DNA of 64,000 nt from an uncultured bacterium (lineage in GTDB: Bacteria; Babelota; Babeliae; Babelales; Babelaceae). Under the pieces are notes generated by a model. That model did no database searches and was not told where the DNA came from. It saw only the letters and a list, made by a program, of their open reading frames with translations. Location: the NCBI GenBank assembly GCA_963722385.1, contig CAVRKK010000002.1:736001-800000 (forward strand), in the 5' to 3' direction. Within the stretch, counting starts at the first letter, position 1, and each line of letters begins with the position of its first letter. Shown here piece by piece: positions 1 to 9,180 of the stretch. Made by a program: the position numbers and the translations under genes.

Positions 1-519
1 CTCTATCCTAAAAAGACTATCGACCAATTCTGGAAAGAAACGGTGAGCGAACTGCCGTGTCGCTTCCAACTGCTTGATAAAGAAAAGCCAAGCATATTGC
101 TTGATAATGCGCGCAACGTCGATGCATTTAAAAATCTGCTTCTCGGCATACGCCTTCTCCATTACCAACGCCCCCTTAAAGGCCTGTCCATCGTCGTTGC
201 AGCAGCGCAAAATACCTTACATAGCGAAGAGTTTATCAAGCTGCTCCGCTACTTCTTTAAGAAAACATCGGGACAACTCTTCCTGTGCCCCCTTGAGCAA
301 CCGCTGCCAGGCGTTAACGAGAATAGTTCATGGAACGTTGAGCAAGTCACCAACGATGTTAAAAGCATGAAGGTAAAGGCGCGCGCCTGCAAGAATTTTG
401 AGGAAGCATTCGACCTTGCCAAAAAATCAGTCGATGAACGGCATGGCCTTGTTGTTGTTACGGGGTCCCAGTCGATTATTCATCAGTATTGGCAACATAA
501 AGGGCTCAAAAAATTCTAA
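1..519 (+). CDS. FolC/Mur-ligase-family C-terminal domain protein (5' end outside window)
   Basis: Frame open from base 1. LPCRFQ and ILLDNARN resemble the FolC WPGRxE and LDGAHN motifs; ends with LVVVTGS as in the FolC C-terminus. Confidence 0.65.
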   Translation, partial: LYPKKTIDQFWKETVSELPCRFQLLDKEKPSILLDNARNVDAFKNLLLGIRLLHYQRPLKGLSIVVAAAQNTLHSEEFIKLLRYFFKKTSGQLFLCPLEQPLPGVNENSSWNVEQVTNDVKSMKVKARACKNFEEAFDLAKKSVDERHGLVVVTGSQSIIHQYWQHKGLKKF

Positions 520-538
520 AGCCTGCTAATAACTCACT

Positions 539-566
539 AAAGCCCCATTTCGATGGGGCTTTTTTT
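539..566 (+). terminator. Rho-independent terminator
   Basis: AAAGCCCCAT-TTCG-ATGGGGCTTT stem-loop followed by a T run, just downstream of the stop at 519. Confidence 0.85.
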
Positions 567-670
567 ATTGCCAAAAATCTAAACTGCTTGGCTGGAAGTG
601 ATTCTAGTTGCGTGCGCTCCGTGATAACTTTATACTGGTAATTATATATACAAGCCAAGGATACATTATC

Positions 671-1408
671 ATGCAAGGGTTTGAACTATTTGAGCACCAT
701 GCGTGGCGCCCTTTTGAACGTATGGGGTGGACGCACTCATTTTGGACTATCGACATCGATACGATTCTATTTACCTGGCTTGTTCTTTTGCTTATCGTAA
801 TCCTTGTGCTTTTGGGACGCTGGAGCCTCAGTCGGCCCGATAGTATTCCTGGCTACCTCGCGCAAGCATACGTGCGTAGCTTTGTGAACATGATAACACA
901 ATCACTCGAGTACTTTAATTATCGCTACTTTGCCTTTATCGCGAGCCTGTTTACGTTCATCTTTCTGTGCAACATACTTATTATTCTACCCTATGGCGAA
1001 GAGCCGACCAAGAATATCAATACGACGCTCGCGCTGGCTCTCGTATCGTTTGCCTATGTTCAAAAAGAAAGCATTAAGGCACATGGATTGTGGGGCTATA
1101 TCAAAGAATTTTTTAAGCCCTTTTTTATTTTTTTCCCGCTCGAAGTTTTAGGCAAGCTCGCCACCATCGTCTCCCTCTCGTTTCGGCTTTTTGGCAATAT
1201 ATTTGGCGGCTCCATTATTAGCACGATGTGGCACAGCGCTATTGCCGGATCAATACTTGGCCAAATAGCTGGTACGCTTATGGGGGTCAGCATAATTATT
1301 ATGCTCTTTTTTGGCCTGTTTGAGGGTCTTATCCAGGCATTCGTATTTTCAATATTGACCTTAACGTATCTTTCAATGGCTACTGCACAAGAAAGCACTC
1401 ATGAATAG
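671..1408 (+). CDS. atpB: F0F1 ATP synthase subunit a
   Basis: Multi-TM protein with PTKNINTT, SLSFRLFGN (essential Arg) and IQAFVFSILT motifs. ATG at 671 preferred over the TTG at 608. Confidence 0.93.
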   Translation: MQGFELFEHHAWRPFERMGWTHSFWTIDIDTILFTWLVLLLIVILVLLGRWSLSRPDSIPGYLAQAYVRSFVNMITQSLEYFNYRYFAFIASLFTFIFLCNILIILPYGEEPTKNINTTLALALVSFAYVQKESIKAHGLWGYIKEFFKPFFIFFPLEVLGKLATIVSLSFRLFGNIFGGSIISTMWHSAIAGSILGQIAGTLMGVSIIIMLFFGLFEGLIQAFVFSILTLTYLSMATAQESTHE

Positions 1409-2345
1409 CATTGCCCATTCAGCCACCATTGGTGCGCTTGTTGTTTTACCTGCCCTCGGTGTAGGTATTGGTCAGGGCCTTGTCAACAAGGCGGCGCTCG
1501 AAAGCATTAATCGGCAACCAGGTGCTGAAACAGCCCTGAGGCGCCTCGCCCTCATTTCTATGACTTTAAGCGAAACAGCTGTTTTGCTCGGCGTGGTCAT
1601 GGCGATTCTGTTGTTGGGATCGACGCCGAAGGTTCCCTATAGCATGTTTGCTTACGCCGGCATTGTCAGCGCGCTCGCGCTGCCGGCCTTTATTGTGGGC
1701 ATCATAGCAGCGGGGCCTGGCCGCGCTGCCCTTGAGGCCGCAACGCGCCAACCACTCTTTACGGGCAAGATCACGCAGCTCCTTTTGCTTACCCAAACGG
1801 TTCTTCAGACACCGACAATATTTGGCTTTATTATTGCGCTTATGTTACGCAGCCAGCTCAATACCATTAGCTCATTGAGTGACGCTTTACGCTTGTGTGC
1901 AAGCGGCATGACATTTGGTATAGCATGTATCGGGCCGCTCTTAGGATTGAGCTCCTTTACCAAAAGGGTTTGTCGGATTATCGGTGTCAACCGTGATATC
2001 TATCCACGCTTGCGTACCTTTACGTTTATCAGCCAGGCACTGATTGAGGCGCCCATTGTATTCGCGCTTATGGTGGCGCTTATTTTAGCAATCATAACCC
2101 CGACCGGGGCTTTGGTGGCTGACAGCAGTGCATTTCTTGCGGTAGCCTGCGCGATGGGGCTGAGTACCCTAGGCACCGGCTTGAATTCAGGGCGCGTCGC
2201 TACGCAGGCAGCCAAGCAAATAGGCCTACATCCCGAGCACTACAGTACGCTCGCCAAAATGAGCATGATCTCGCAAACCTTTATTGATACCTCATCAATT
2301 TACGGGCTGCTGCTCTCGCTTATTATTCTGCTCACCCGTTCCTAA
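1401..2345 (+). CDS. atpE: ATP synthase subunit c, four fused helical hairpins
   Basis: Four c-like units with Gly-rich first helices (GVGIGQG, GTGLNSG) and RQP-type loops (NRQPG, TRQPL, LHPE). Overlaps the atpB stop. Confidence 0.85.
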   Translation: MNSIAHSATIGALVVLPALGVGIGQGLVNKAALESINRQPGAETALRRLALISMTLSETAVLLGVVMAILLLGSTPKVPYSMFAYAGIVSALALPAFIVGIIAAGPGRAALEAATRQPLFTGKITQLLLLTQTVLQTPTIFGFIIALMLRSQLNTISSLSDALRLCASGMTFGIACIGPLLGLSSFTKRVCRIIGVNRDIYPRLRTFTFISQALIEAPIVFALMVALILAIITPTGALVADSSAFLAVACAMGLSTLGTGLNSGRVATQAAKQIGLHPEHYSTLAKMSMISQTFIDTSSIYGLLLSLIILLTRS

Positions 2346-3258
2346 TTCTTGATACACTTCCTGGCGGTCACGGTCATACGTAAAGCGTATCGATGAGGCA
2401 GCCTGGCTGAGCAGTTCATTTTCATAATCTTTTAATGCCTGCTTAACCCGGTTTTGCCGAATCGTATTTTCGATCTCACTCATACGCTTTTTGTCCTCTT
2501 CCGCATTACCTGTAACCAAGGGAGCCTGTCGCTCAGGGTTTTTCGCTATGATCTTGGTAAGTTCAAAGCCGCCTTGTATCTGTTCAATAAGTACAATTTC
2601 CCCTGGTACTTTTTGTCCAAAAAGCTGCTTATCCTGCGCGAGGTCATGTATATTTACCGTAAAGGGTGCTCCCCAGGCGATGGGCTTGGTAAGCGTTTGC
2701 GTGGCAAGCTCTTTCTCGAAATCAGCATTGTTCTGATTGCTCTCAACGGCCGCGGTGATGAGCGTTATACTTGCTGGCTCGATCGGTGCGTGTTTCTTCC
2801 AATAGTCCTCAATGTGGCTCTGCTCAACTGGCGAGGAGTGGATATCTTGAATGCGGAACCGCTGGAGTTGGTCAATCGTTTCCCGGCGCCGGAGTTGGTC
2901 GCGGCCTTCTGCCAGCGTATAGCCGCGTGACTTAAAAAGCATCTCTAATTGTTCTAAGTCGCAGTTATTGAGCTTTTGCAGCTGCTTAAGGTACTTGTCG
3001 ATATCTTCGTCGGTAATACGCACGTTAAATTTCTGCGCATCGATAAGCATCAGATGCTCAAGCACGACGTCGCGCAAAGTGCGTGGCTCACCCGACAAGA
3101 GCGGTCGCACATCGCGCGTCAAAATAAGCACGGTATCGGCCTGTCCGGCAATCACGGCCCTTACTTGTTCAGGACGTATTTCTGCCGCACCAACACCCAG
3201 CGCTATAAAAGCCGAGCAAAATACCTAAAAATAAAAAATAATAGTTGTACATATGCAT
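2295..3258 (-). pseudogene. SurA N-terminal-domain chaperone, frameshifted in the signal-peptide region (real lesion or sequencing error)
   Basis: Body resembles SurA_N (AQKFNVRITDEDIDKYL...GYTLAEGRDQLRR). ATG at 3258 with an AGGGG RBS joins the main frame only if one base is removed, for example from the A4 run at 3207-3210. Confidence 0.65.
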
Positions 3259-3274
3259 ATAAAAACCCCTATGA

Positions 3275-3302
3275 ACAAGCAGCGAGAAAGCTCGCTGCTT
3301 GT
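3275..3302. terminator. Intergenic 12-bp hairpin (terminator or mRNA-stability element)
   Basis: ACAAGCAGCGAG-AAAG-CTCGCTGCTTGT between the two foldase genes. Confidence 0.55.
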
Positions 3303-3314
3303 GTGTTGCTTATG

Positions 3315-4430
3315 TTAAGCAGCCTGTTGCGGCCCTTTTGCCGGTTTTGGCGCGACGGGCGCAGGAGCTGGCTTTTCTACTGGTTGCTCAGCTGGTTCGG
3401 CCGGTGCAAGTGGTTGTAGTGCCTGTTTGCGTTTGTTCAAGTACTCTTTATTGACCTCGACCTTGTATTTTTTCTTGAGGTCTTCCATCTTCTTCGCGTG
3501 AAGCTCGTTAAACTTTTTGCCTGTAATGATCTGTTTGACGGCGTCTTTTACTTGGCCAACATCAGCATGTTGAGCTTCTTGCTTGCTTGTTATGGCAACG
3601 ACGCGATACTTGCCGTCGGCGCCCTTAACCACGTCGGTCGAAGGGAAAGTCTTTGAGCCGAGGATCTTGTCTTTTACCTGGGTATCAATGGTGCTTTGGG
3701 AGTTGACGAGACCGTAATCAGTAACTTTCTTTTTAGCATCTTTTGCTACCTGATCGATGGAGCTTTGTTTTACTTTTTCAGCAAGCTCTTGGGCTTCCTT
3801 TTCATTAGCGGCTTCGATACCCTTAGCCTTAACCCCGCTTGGTGTTACGAGGAATGGTGGTCTTTGGAAGGCTGGCTCTTTGTCCTTCTTTTCTTCGTAA
3901 TATTTCTTAATTTCGTCGTCGGTCACCGTGATCTCTTTCGCGAGCTCATTTTCGAAGGCGCGTAGTGCGAGGTCGCGGTCGACTGCTTCGTGGACACGCG
4001 CGGCGTTTTTGCGATACTCAGGGGTTTGGTCGATACCGCTTTCTTGGACCCAGCGGAGCATGGTTTTTTCAAGCGCCATGGCGTCAAGAATTTGCGCGTA
4101 CATCTCGTTTTGGTTTTCCTCTGGGATATAAGGGAGCATGTCCTTAAGTGCTGGCTGGGCTTCCATAATTAACTGGATATTTTTCTCGTAGTCTTTGCCG
4201 GTGGCTGCGGTTTGACCGCCGAAGGTAACGACTGGTTCTTTGAGCAGCTCGGGGCTCATGCCGGCAATAACTACTTCTTCTTCTTCCACGACAGGCCCAT
4301 GTTGGTCACATGAAACGCAGCCGCTTGTTTCTTTTTTCATGGCGAAAGGGTTGTTGCAGCCTGGCAGTAAGGCAACCACGGAGAGAAGAAGCAGCTTGTT
4401 AAGGCAGTGGCGAGAACTTTGGTTCATCAT
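3315..4430 (-). CDS. PrsA/PpiC-like foldase lipoprotein
   Basis: Lipobox LLPGC, ITVTDDEIKKYYEE motif, degenerate rotamase region and Pro/Ala-rich tail. Confidence 0.7.
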   Translation of the reverse strand: MMNQSSRHCLNKLLLLSVVALLPGCNNPFAMKKETSGCVSCDQHGPVVEEEEVVIAGMSPELLKEPVVTFGGQTAATGKDYEKNIQLIMEAQPALKDMLPYIPEENQNEMYAQILDAMALEKTMLRWVQESGIDQTPEYRKNAARVHEAVDRDLALRAFENELAKEITVTDDEIKKYYEEKKDKEPAFQRPPFLVTPSGVKAKGIEAANEKEAQELAEKVKQSSIDQVAKDAKKKVTDYGLVNSQSTIDTQVKDKILGSKTFPSTDVVKGADGKYRVVAITSKQEAQHADVGQVKDAVKQIITGKKFNELHAKKMEDLKKKYKVEVNKEYLNKRKQALQPLAPAEPAEQPVEKPAPAPVAPKPAKGPQQAA

Positions 4431-4509
4431 AAGCGGTCCTTTTGATAGTAATTAAACAGTTAGTCCTTCTGCGTAGAGTATCACACAAGTTCCCTTCGTG
4501 CAAAATCTT

Positions 4510-5163
4510 CTACAAAGCTCTGCAAGCAAGAAGCACGCTTAACGACCGGGGATTTTCGCCGAACAGCGTTTGAGCGGCTGATCTAAGCGTTGACCCGGTA
4601 GTCATCAAGTCATCTACCAGTATAACATGCTTTCCATCAATGAGGTTACGATTGCTTTTTTCAATTTCGAATGCCTCAGTAACATTTGCAAATCGCTGCT
4701 GAGCGGGCAAGCTTGCTTGGAACTGTGTGCACTTTACGCGCTTAAGCATAGCTACAACCGGTTTTTTTATACAAGCTCCTAGTTCCTGTGCCATAACTTC
4801 CGCCTGGTTGAAGCCTCTTTTCGCGTAGCGTGTCCAATGAAGCGGTACCGGGACAAGTAGGTCACCGTCAATTGTTTGGAGCGGCAGGCGTTGTATCATG
4901 AGAGCACCAAGTTGTTTGCTGGCGATGCTATTGCCATGGTGCTTGGCAAGAATGAGTGATTTAAGCGGTTCTTCGTAGCGGCCGGCGGCGTACACGCGTA
5001 TCTTGCATGTTGCACTGAGCACTATTTCTTCTGAAACAACCGGTGTTATGAGCCGCGAGCATTTTGCGCAGAGCGGTTGTTCGTATTCGGTCCAGTCGTG
5101 GCAGTAAAAGCAGAAGCTCGGTGCTATGAGCTGGAGAAGGCTTTTGCGTAAAAGTTTAAGCAT
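4510..5163 (-). CDS. comF: ComF family phosphoribosyltransferase-like protein
   Basis: N-terminal CxxC...CxxC, VPVPLH, RGFNQA and LVDDLMTTGST motifs. Confidence 0.9.
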   Translation of the reverse strand: MLKLLRKSLLQLIAPSFCFYCHDWTEYEQPLCAKCSRLITPVVSEEIVLSATCKIRVYAAGRYEEPLKSLILAKHHGNSIASKQLGALMIQRLPLQTIDGDLLVPVPLHWTRYAKRGFNQAEVMAQELGACIKKPVVAMLKRVKCTQFQASLPAQQRFANVTEAFEIEKSNRNLIDGKHVILVDDLMTTGSTLRSAAQTLFGENPRSLSVLLACRAL

Positions 5164-5210
5164 ATACACTCTCCCAATTAGCTAAATTTGAATCGTCTAC
5201 CTGGCAAAGG

Positions 5211-5566
5211 CGCCTATGCGGCGGGCAGCAGGGCAGCGGCCCTGCACCCACACCAATATGCGTAGTAGCGCAAGCAGTTTTTCTTTCTCTTCTCGTGCCA
5301 TAACCATGCGGAGCGCATGATTACGGCAAACGCAATTCTCCTCACGGAGAATAGAAAGTTTCTTATATGTCAACAGCAGCTTCTCTATTAAAAGAGAACT
5401 AAAATTTTTAATAAAAATCTGATGAGGCCCTCCGTAATAGCCCGGCGCGTCCTTTTAGGACGCAAGGTGCATGAGTAGGGCCGCTTGGATTGGGTCCAGG
5501 GTGAAACCTGGCGCACAGAGTGCAGAGGTGTTTGCGAGAACACCTCTGCCGCCCGCCGCGGAGGCG
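5211..5566 (+). repeat. REP/MITE-like modular hairpin element, copy 1
   Basis: Imperfect inverted termini CGCCTATGCGGCGGGC ... GCCCGCCGCGGAGGCG; internal blocks shared with 33374-33887 (reverse orientation) and 47401-47736. Confidence 0.8.
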
Positions 5567-5656
5567 TATTCATTAAGCGATAGCGATAAGCTAATCTTTT
5601 TTAAGGCTGATTGTTTCGGAAGCTTTCGCTCAGTTATGTGCATGCTGCAAGCAACA

Positions 5657-6115
5657 CTATTTAAATTTAGTAAAAACAAGCATTAGAAACACCCCACCCA
5701 CGACCGCTATATCCGCAGCATTAAACAACGTAGGAAACTCGATACCACCGTATCCCAATCGTATAAAATCAACCACAGCCCCATACCAAACGCGATCAAA
5801 AATATTGCCAAGCCCGCCGGCTATGACAAAAGCCTCGCCTAAAATTAAGTATCCTCCATAAAATCGCTTATATGCATAATATGCCATATAAGAAATAAGC
5901 GCAAAGAGTGCTATTGTCATCAGTCCATACGCTATGGGATTATCGAGCGGGAGCATACCCCATGAAATACCCTTATTGTAAATAAGATGACAGGATAATC
6001 CCGGCATAAGCTCCTGCGGCAACGAGCATGATCTTATGGCCCATAACTTTGTTAAGCGGTCAATAACGGTAATCAACATGATAAGCAGGCAGTACCACGT
6101 CAGTGCAATCTTCAT
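5657..6115 (-). CDS. lspA: Signal peptidase II
   Basis: DRLTK, NKGISWG, GGLGNIFDR, VVDFI and FNAAD motifs. Confidence 0.93.
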   Translation of the reverse strand: MKIALTWYCLLIMLITVIDRLTKLWAIRSCSLPQELMPGLSCHLIYNKGISWGMLPLDNPIAYGLMTIALFALISYMAYYAYKRFYGGYLILGEAFVIAGGLGNIFDRVWYGAVVDFIRLGYGGIEFPTLFNAADIAVVGGVFLMLVFTKFK

Positions 6116-8427
6116 CGAATAGCAACTCCCAGCTTTTGTAAAGATCCATGTACCGCATGAAGCACGTTATCAATATCCTCTTTGGTAAGCGTTTTAGTTT
6201 CATCGCTTACTTTAAACCTAAGCGTTAACGACCGTTGCTCATGCCACTCGTTCTTTTCGTAATAGTCTGCTAAGTAGACATCGCGTATACGATGATCGCT
6301 CATCATAATCGCCCGCTCAAGCTGAGCGCAGGTGATGTCAAACGGCGCAAGCACGCTCACATCTAAGTGGGTACTCGGATACTTAGGCAAGGGCTTGATG
6401 AAAACGGGAGGCTTGACATACTCACGCAAAAAGGTGCCATCTAATTCAGCAATAAAAGCACTACCGGGCGCTATCTTATCTAATACCAAAGGGCTTATCA
6501 TGCCAGCATAGCCAATACTCGTCTCCCCATGATAGAGCTGCGCTGTTTGATAAGGATGATACCATGGCGCTGGCACCACCGCAGCTTTTTGCCACATAAC
6601 GGAGATCCCGAGCATATCAAAAAGGCCTACAAGGTCAGCTTTTGATGCGTAAAAATCGACAGCCTGACTCGGGTCATACCATGCGGCAGCTAAGCAATAC
6701 CGCTCGTCTATTCTCTGCTCCTGCTGATGCCACACCCGTGCCCACTCAAAAAATCGTAAAGCCTGTTTCTGATTGCTATTTACCGCAATCGCGTGCAGCA
6801 AATGGGGAACGAGCGAGGTTACTAAGCGGCACCAATGCTCAGAGACAGGGTTGCTTACCCCAGGGGACCCTTCAGGCTCCCAATCGAGCAGCCGTAAGAA
6901 CTGTTCATCGTAAAGGGGATAACTTGCTATCTCATGCATTTTTAACCCAAATGCGCAATACCTCTTGAGCCGCCTGACACAAAACACCTGATGATTGTCA
7001 ATGGGTATGCATACACGCCGTGGCACCTCGCGTTCAAGAGTGCCGTAACCGACAAAACGTACGATCTCTTCAACGAGATCGTCTTGGATAGTAATATCGC
7101 GCAAACGGAAGGTTGGTACGGTGACAACATACGCTTTCTCGTCTTCGGCAATGCCAAATTCCAGCGCGGTCAATATCCGCATGATATCCTGTGAGGGAAT
7201 ATCTATGCCAACCTTTTGCGTGACAAAATCATGCTCGAGTATGATTGTTCGGGGACAAGCCGGCTCGCCTAACGAAACGAGCTCCTGATTAACGGTATAA
7301 GCAATCCCCCAGTCGTTCAATAAGCGCAAAAAGCGCATGAGCGCTGTAGTATTTTGATTTGGGTCAAGCCACTTTTCAAACCGCGCCGAAGACTCTGTTC
7401 TTTTTTTGTGGGCGAGCGAGCTTTTTCTAAGAGCTGCCGGCTGGAAGTGCGCCGACTCTACTAAAGTGCTTACGGTCGCCATACTTATGGATGCTGCCGT
7501 GCCACCCATAATACCAGCAAGTGCCAACGGTTGATCTCCCTGTGCGACAACACTGTCAGTAGGTGATAACGTAATAACCTGGCCATCAAGCAATTCAAGG
7601 CGCTTGCCGGGCAAGGTGGTAACATGTAATAGTTCGCCCGTAAGTGCCGATGCATCAAAAGCGTGCATTGGTTGTCCAATGTCGTACATCACATAGTTGG
7701 TAGCATCGACAAGCGCATTAATAGGCCGCGCATCGATGGAAGCCAAACATTGGGCCACAAAGGGGACGGAATGCTTATTTTCAATAGTGCTTATAAAGAT
7801 TCCCGCAAACCTGTCGCAAACGCCAGGATCGTCAATCTCAAGCGTAAAGCGACTATCAGCGATAGGTGCCCGATACCCATAATTTTTAATAATCTTTTGT
7901 ACAATAAGTTCTTCTTCGGGTACCATATGCACGCCAAGCAATGCAGCAATTTCACGCGCAATACCACGATGACTCCAGAGGTCGGGCCGATGTGTGAGTG
8001 ACGTGTTATCGAGCGTGATGAGGTAATCTTCTTGAAGACAAGCATCTTTCCACCCACCTTGCACAAGCTCAGCAGGACAGGAAAGTGGCGGCAGAAGCCC
8101 CTCTTTCGTGCCGGCAAAATCTTGTATTGTCGCATAGCGATAGAGTTCATGATCTTTCTTAATAAGGCACAATGAGCCAACAGCAGTATCTTTGCGATGG
8201 GGCAGCATAAAGGTGCTGTTCCATTCAGGGCAGTACAAAACTGCCTGGTCGCCCTTCTGTTGCGTCAAATAAGCAAGCCCACACGACGGTAAATCAAACG
8301 ATACCCTGCAACATGATTCAATTTCTGCCGTCGTGTTATTAAATCGATCTACCAAGGCATCAATATCAAGATGCTGCCAAGCAATATCCTGAATATGCTC
8401 AAAAACCCATGCCAATGATAATTTCAT
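6112..8427 (-). CDS. pheT: Phenylalanine-tRNA ligase beta subunit
   Basis: HRPDLWSHRGIARE, GQPMHAFD, LAGIMGG, DLVEEIVR and a C-terminal FDX-ACB domain. Confidence 0.95.
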   Translation of the reverse strand: MKLSLAWVFEHIQDIAWQHLDIDALVDRFNNTTAEIESCCRVSFDLPSCGLAYLTQQKGDQAVLYCPEWNSTFMLPHRKDTAVGSLCLIKKDHELYRYATIQDFAGTKEGLLPPLSCPAELVQGGWKDACLQEDYLITLDNTSLTHRPDLWSHRGIAREIAALLGVHMVPEEELIVQKIIKNYGYRAPIADSRFTLEIDDPGVCDRFAGIFISTIENKHSVPFVAQCLASIDARPINALVDATNYVMYDIGQPMHAFDASALTGELLHVTTLPGKRLELLDGQVITLSPTDSVVAQGDQPLALAGIMGGTAASISMATVSTLVESAHFQPAALRKSSLAHKKRTESSARFEKWLDPNQNTTALMRFLRLLNDWGIAYTVNQELVSLGEPACPRTIILEHDFVTQKVGIDIPSQDIMRILTALEFGIAEDEKAYVVTVPTFRLRDITIQDDLVEEIVRFVGYGTLEREVPRRVCIPIDNHQVFCVRRLKRYCAFGLKMHEIASYPLYDEQFLRLLDWEPEGSPGVSNPVSEHWCRLVTSLVPHLLHAIAVNSNQKQALRFFEWARVWHQQEQRIDERYCLAAAWYDPSQAVDFYASKADLVGLFDMLGISVMWQKAAVVPAPWYHPYQTAQLYHGETSIGYAGMISPLVLDKIAPGSAFIAELDGTFLREYVKPPVFIKPLPKYPSTHLDVSVLAPFDITCAQLERAIMMSDHRIRDVYLADYYEKNEWHEQRSLTLRFKVSDETKTLTKEDIDNVLHAVHGSLQKLGVAIR

Positions 8428-8563
8428 AAATAAATCGTCCTATAAGCTTACCAGAAGATTAGCTGCCCTTTTCAGAATAAGCAAAAAGGGAAAAAGTAGC
8501 AAATAGGCCGAAATTTTGGCCTGGCATGATGAGTAAAAATATTTAATGCGGCAATAATAGTTA

Positions 8564-8591
8564 AAGAGACTGCTTGAAAAAGCAGTCTCTT
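8564..8591 (-). terminator. Terminator-like hairpin
   Basis: AAGAGACTGCTT-GAAA-AAGCAGTCTCTT immediately after the stop of 8593-8910. Confidence 0.65.
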
Positions 8592-8592
8592 C

Positions 8593-8910
8593 TTACGAAA
8601 TGTTTCGGTGAAACAACCAGGGCTTGGCAGGGTGATGTTGGACAATATAGCAGAGGAAGTCGCCGCCTTCTGGGACCGGTGATACACCGCTATACATTGA
8701 ACCGGCTTCGTTGCCCCAACAGTCTAAATTGTGACGCCAGATCCAGGTTTGTATCTTGTTTATTTCTTCTTGGTCGGTAACGCAGGTAGATGGGTTGTTT
8801 CGAACCATTTCCTTGAAATTAGGGCAGGCAACATCAACCTGAGCATGAGCAGCTGCGCCAAGTGCAAGGGCTCCAAGAGCTAAGGCGGTAAAGACTTTTT
8901 GAAAAATCAT
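8593..8910 (-). CDS. Small secreted Cys-containing protein of unknown function
   Basis: AGGAG RBS before ATG 8910; signal peptide ending AAHA; four Cys in the mature part. Confidence 0.75.
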   Translation of the reverse strand: MIFQKVFTALALGALALGAAAHAQVDVACPNFKEMVRNNPSTCVTDQEEINKIQTWIWRHNLDCWGNEAGSMYSGVSPVPEGGDFLCYIVQHHPAKPWLFHRNIS

Positions 8911-9180
8911 ACGATCTCCTTCTTTATAAAGTGTTATAAGCCTATTTTTATAAGTATATAAAACCGAGCTTAAATAAATCAATATTTTATATTTGAATAT
9001 CATATCCGCGGCAGTGGCAATGCTTGCTTGTCTGACGAATCATATGACCTGTAGCGCATTCTTGATTGTCTGTATGCCTTCTGGTACAATTATGATATAA
9101 ATATACCAGCTGTAATAGTGGACAATATCTTATTTTTGAGGGTGCGAGGTTTATCATTCGCAAAGAAAAACGCGCTGGCT

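Noticed and set aside
608..670. Upstream start extensions in the ORF track (atpB, trhO, rpsF, gspC, GNAT and others)
   Set aside because: Downstream ATGs have better RBSs and match the family N-termini.
5419..5510. CTGATGAG ... GAAAC resembling a hammerhead ribozyme core (also in repeat copy 2)
   Set aside because: GAAAC sits in its own hairpin (CCAGG-GTGAAA-CCTGG), stem II cannot be drawn in register in both copies, and I could not place stems I and III. An Infernal scan would settle it.
5388..5686. Short ORFs overlapping the repeat elements (also 33737-33962 and 47264-47675)
   Set aside because: They fall within palindromic non-coding repeats, are not conserved in frame between copies and lack convincing RBSs.
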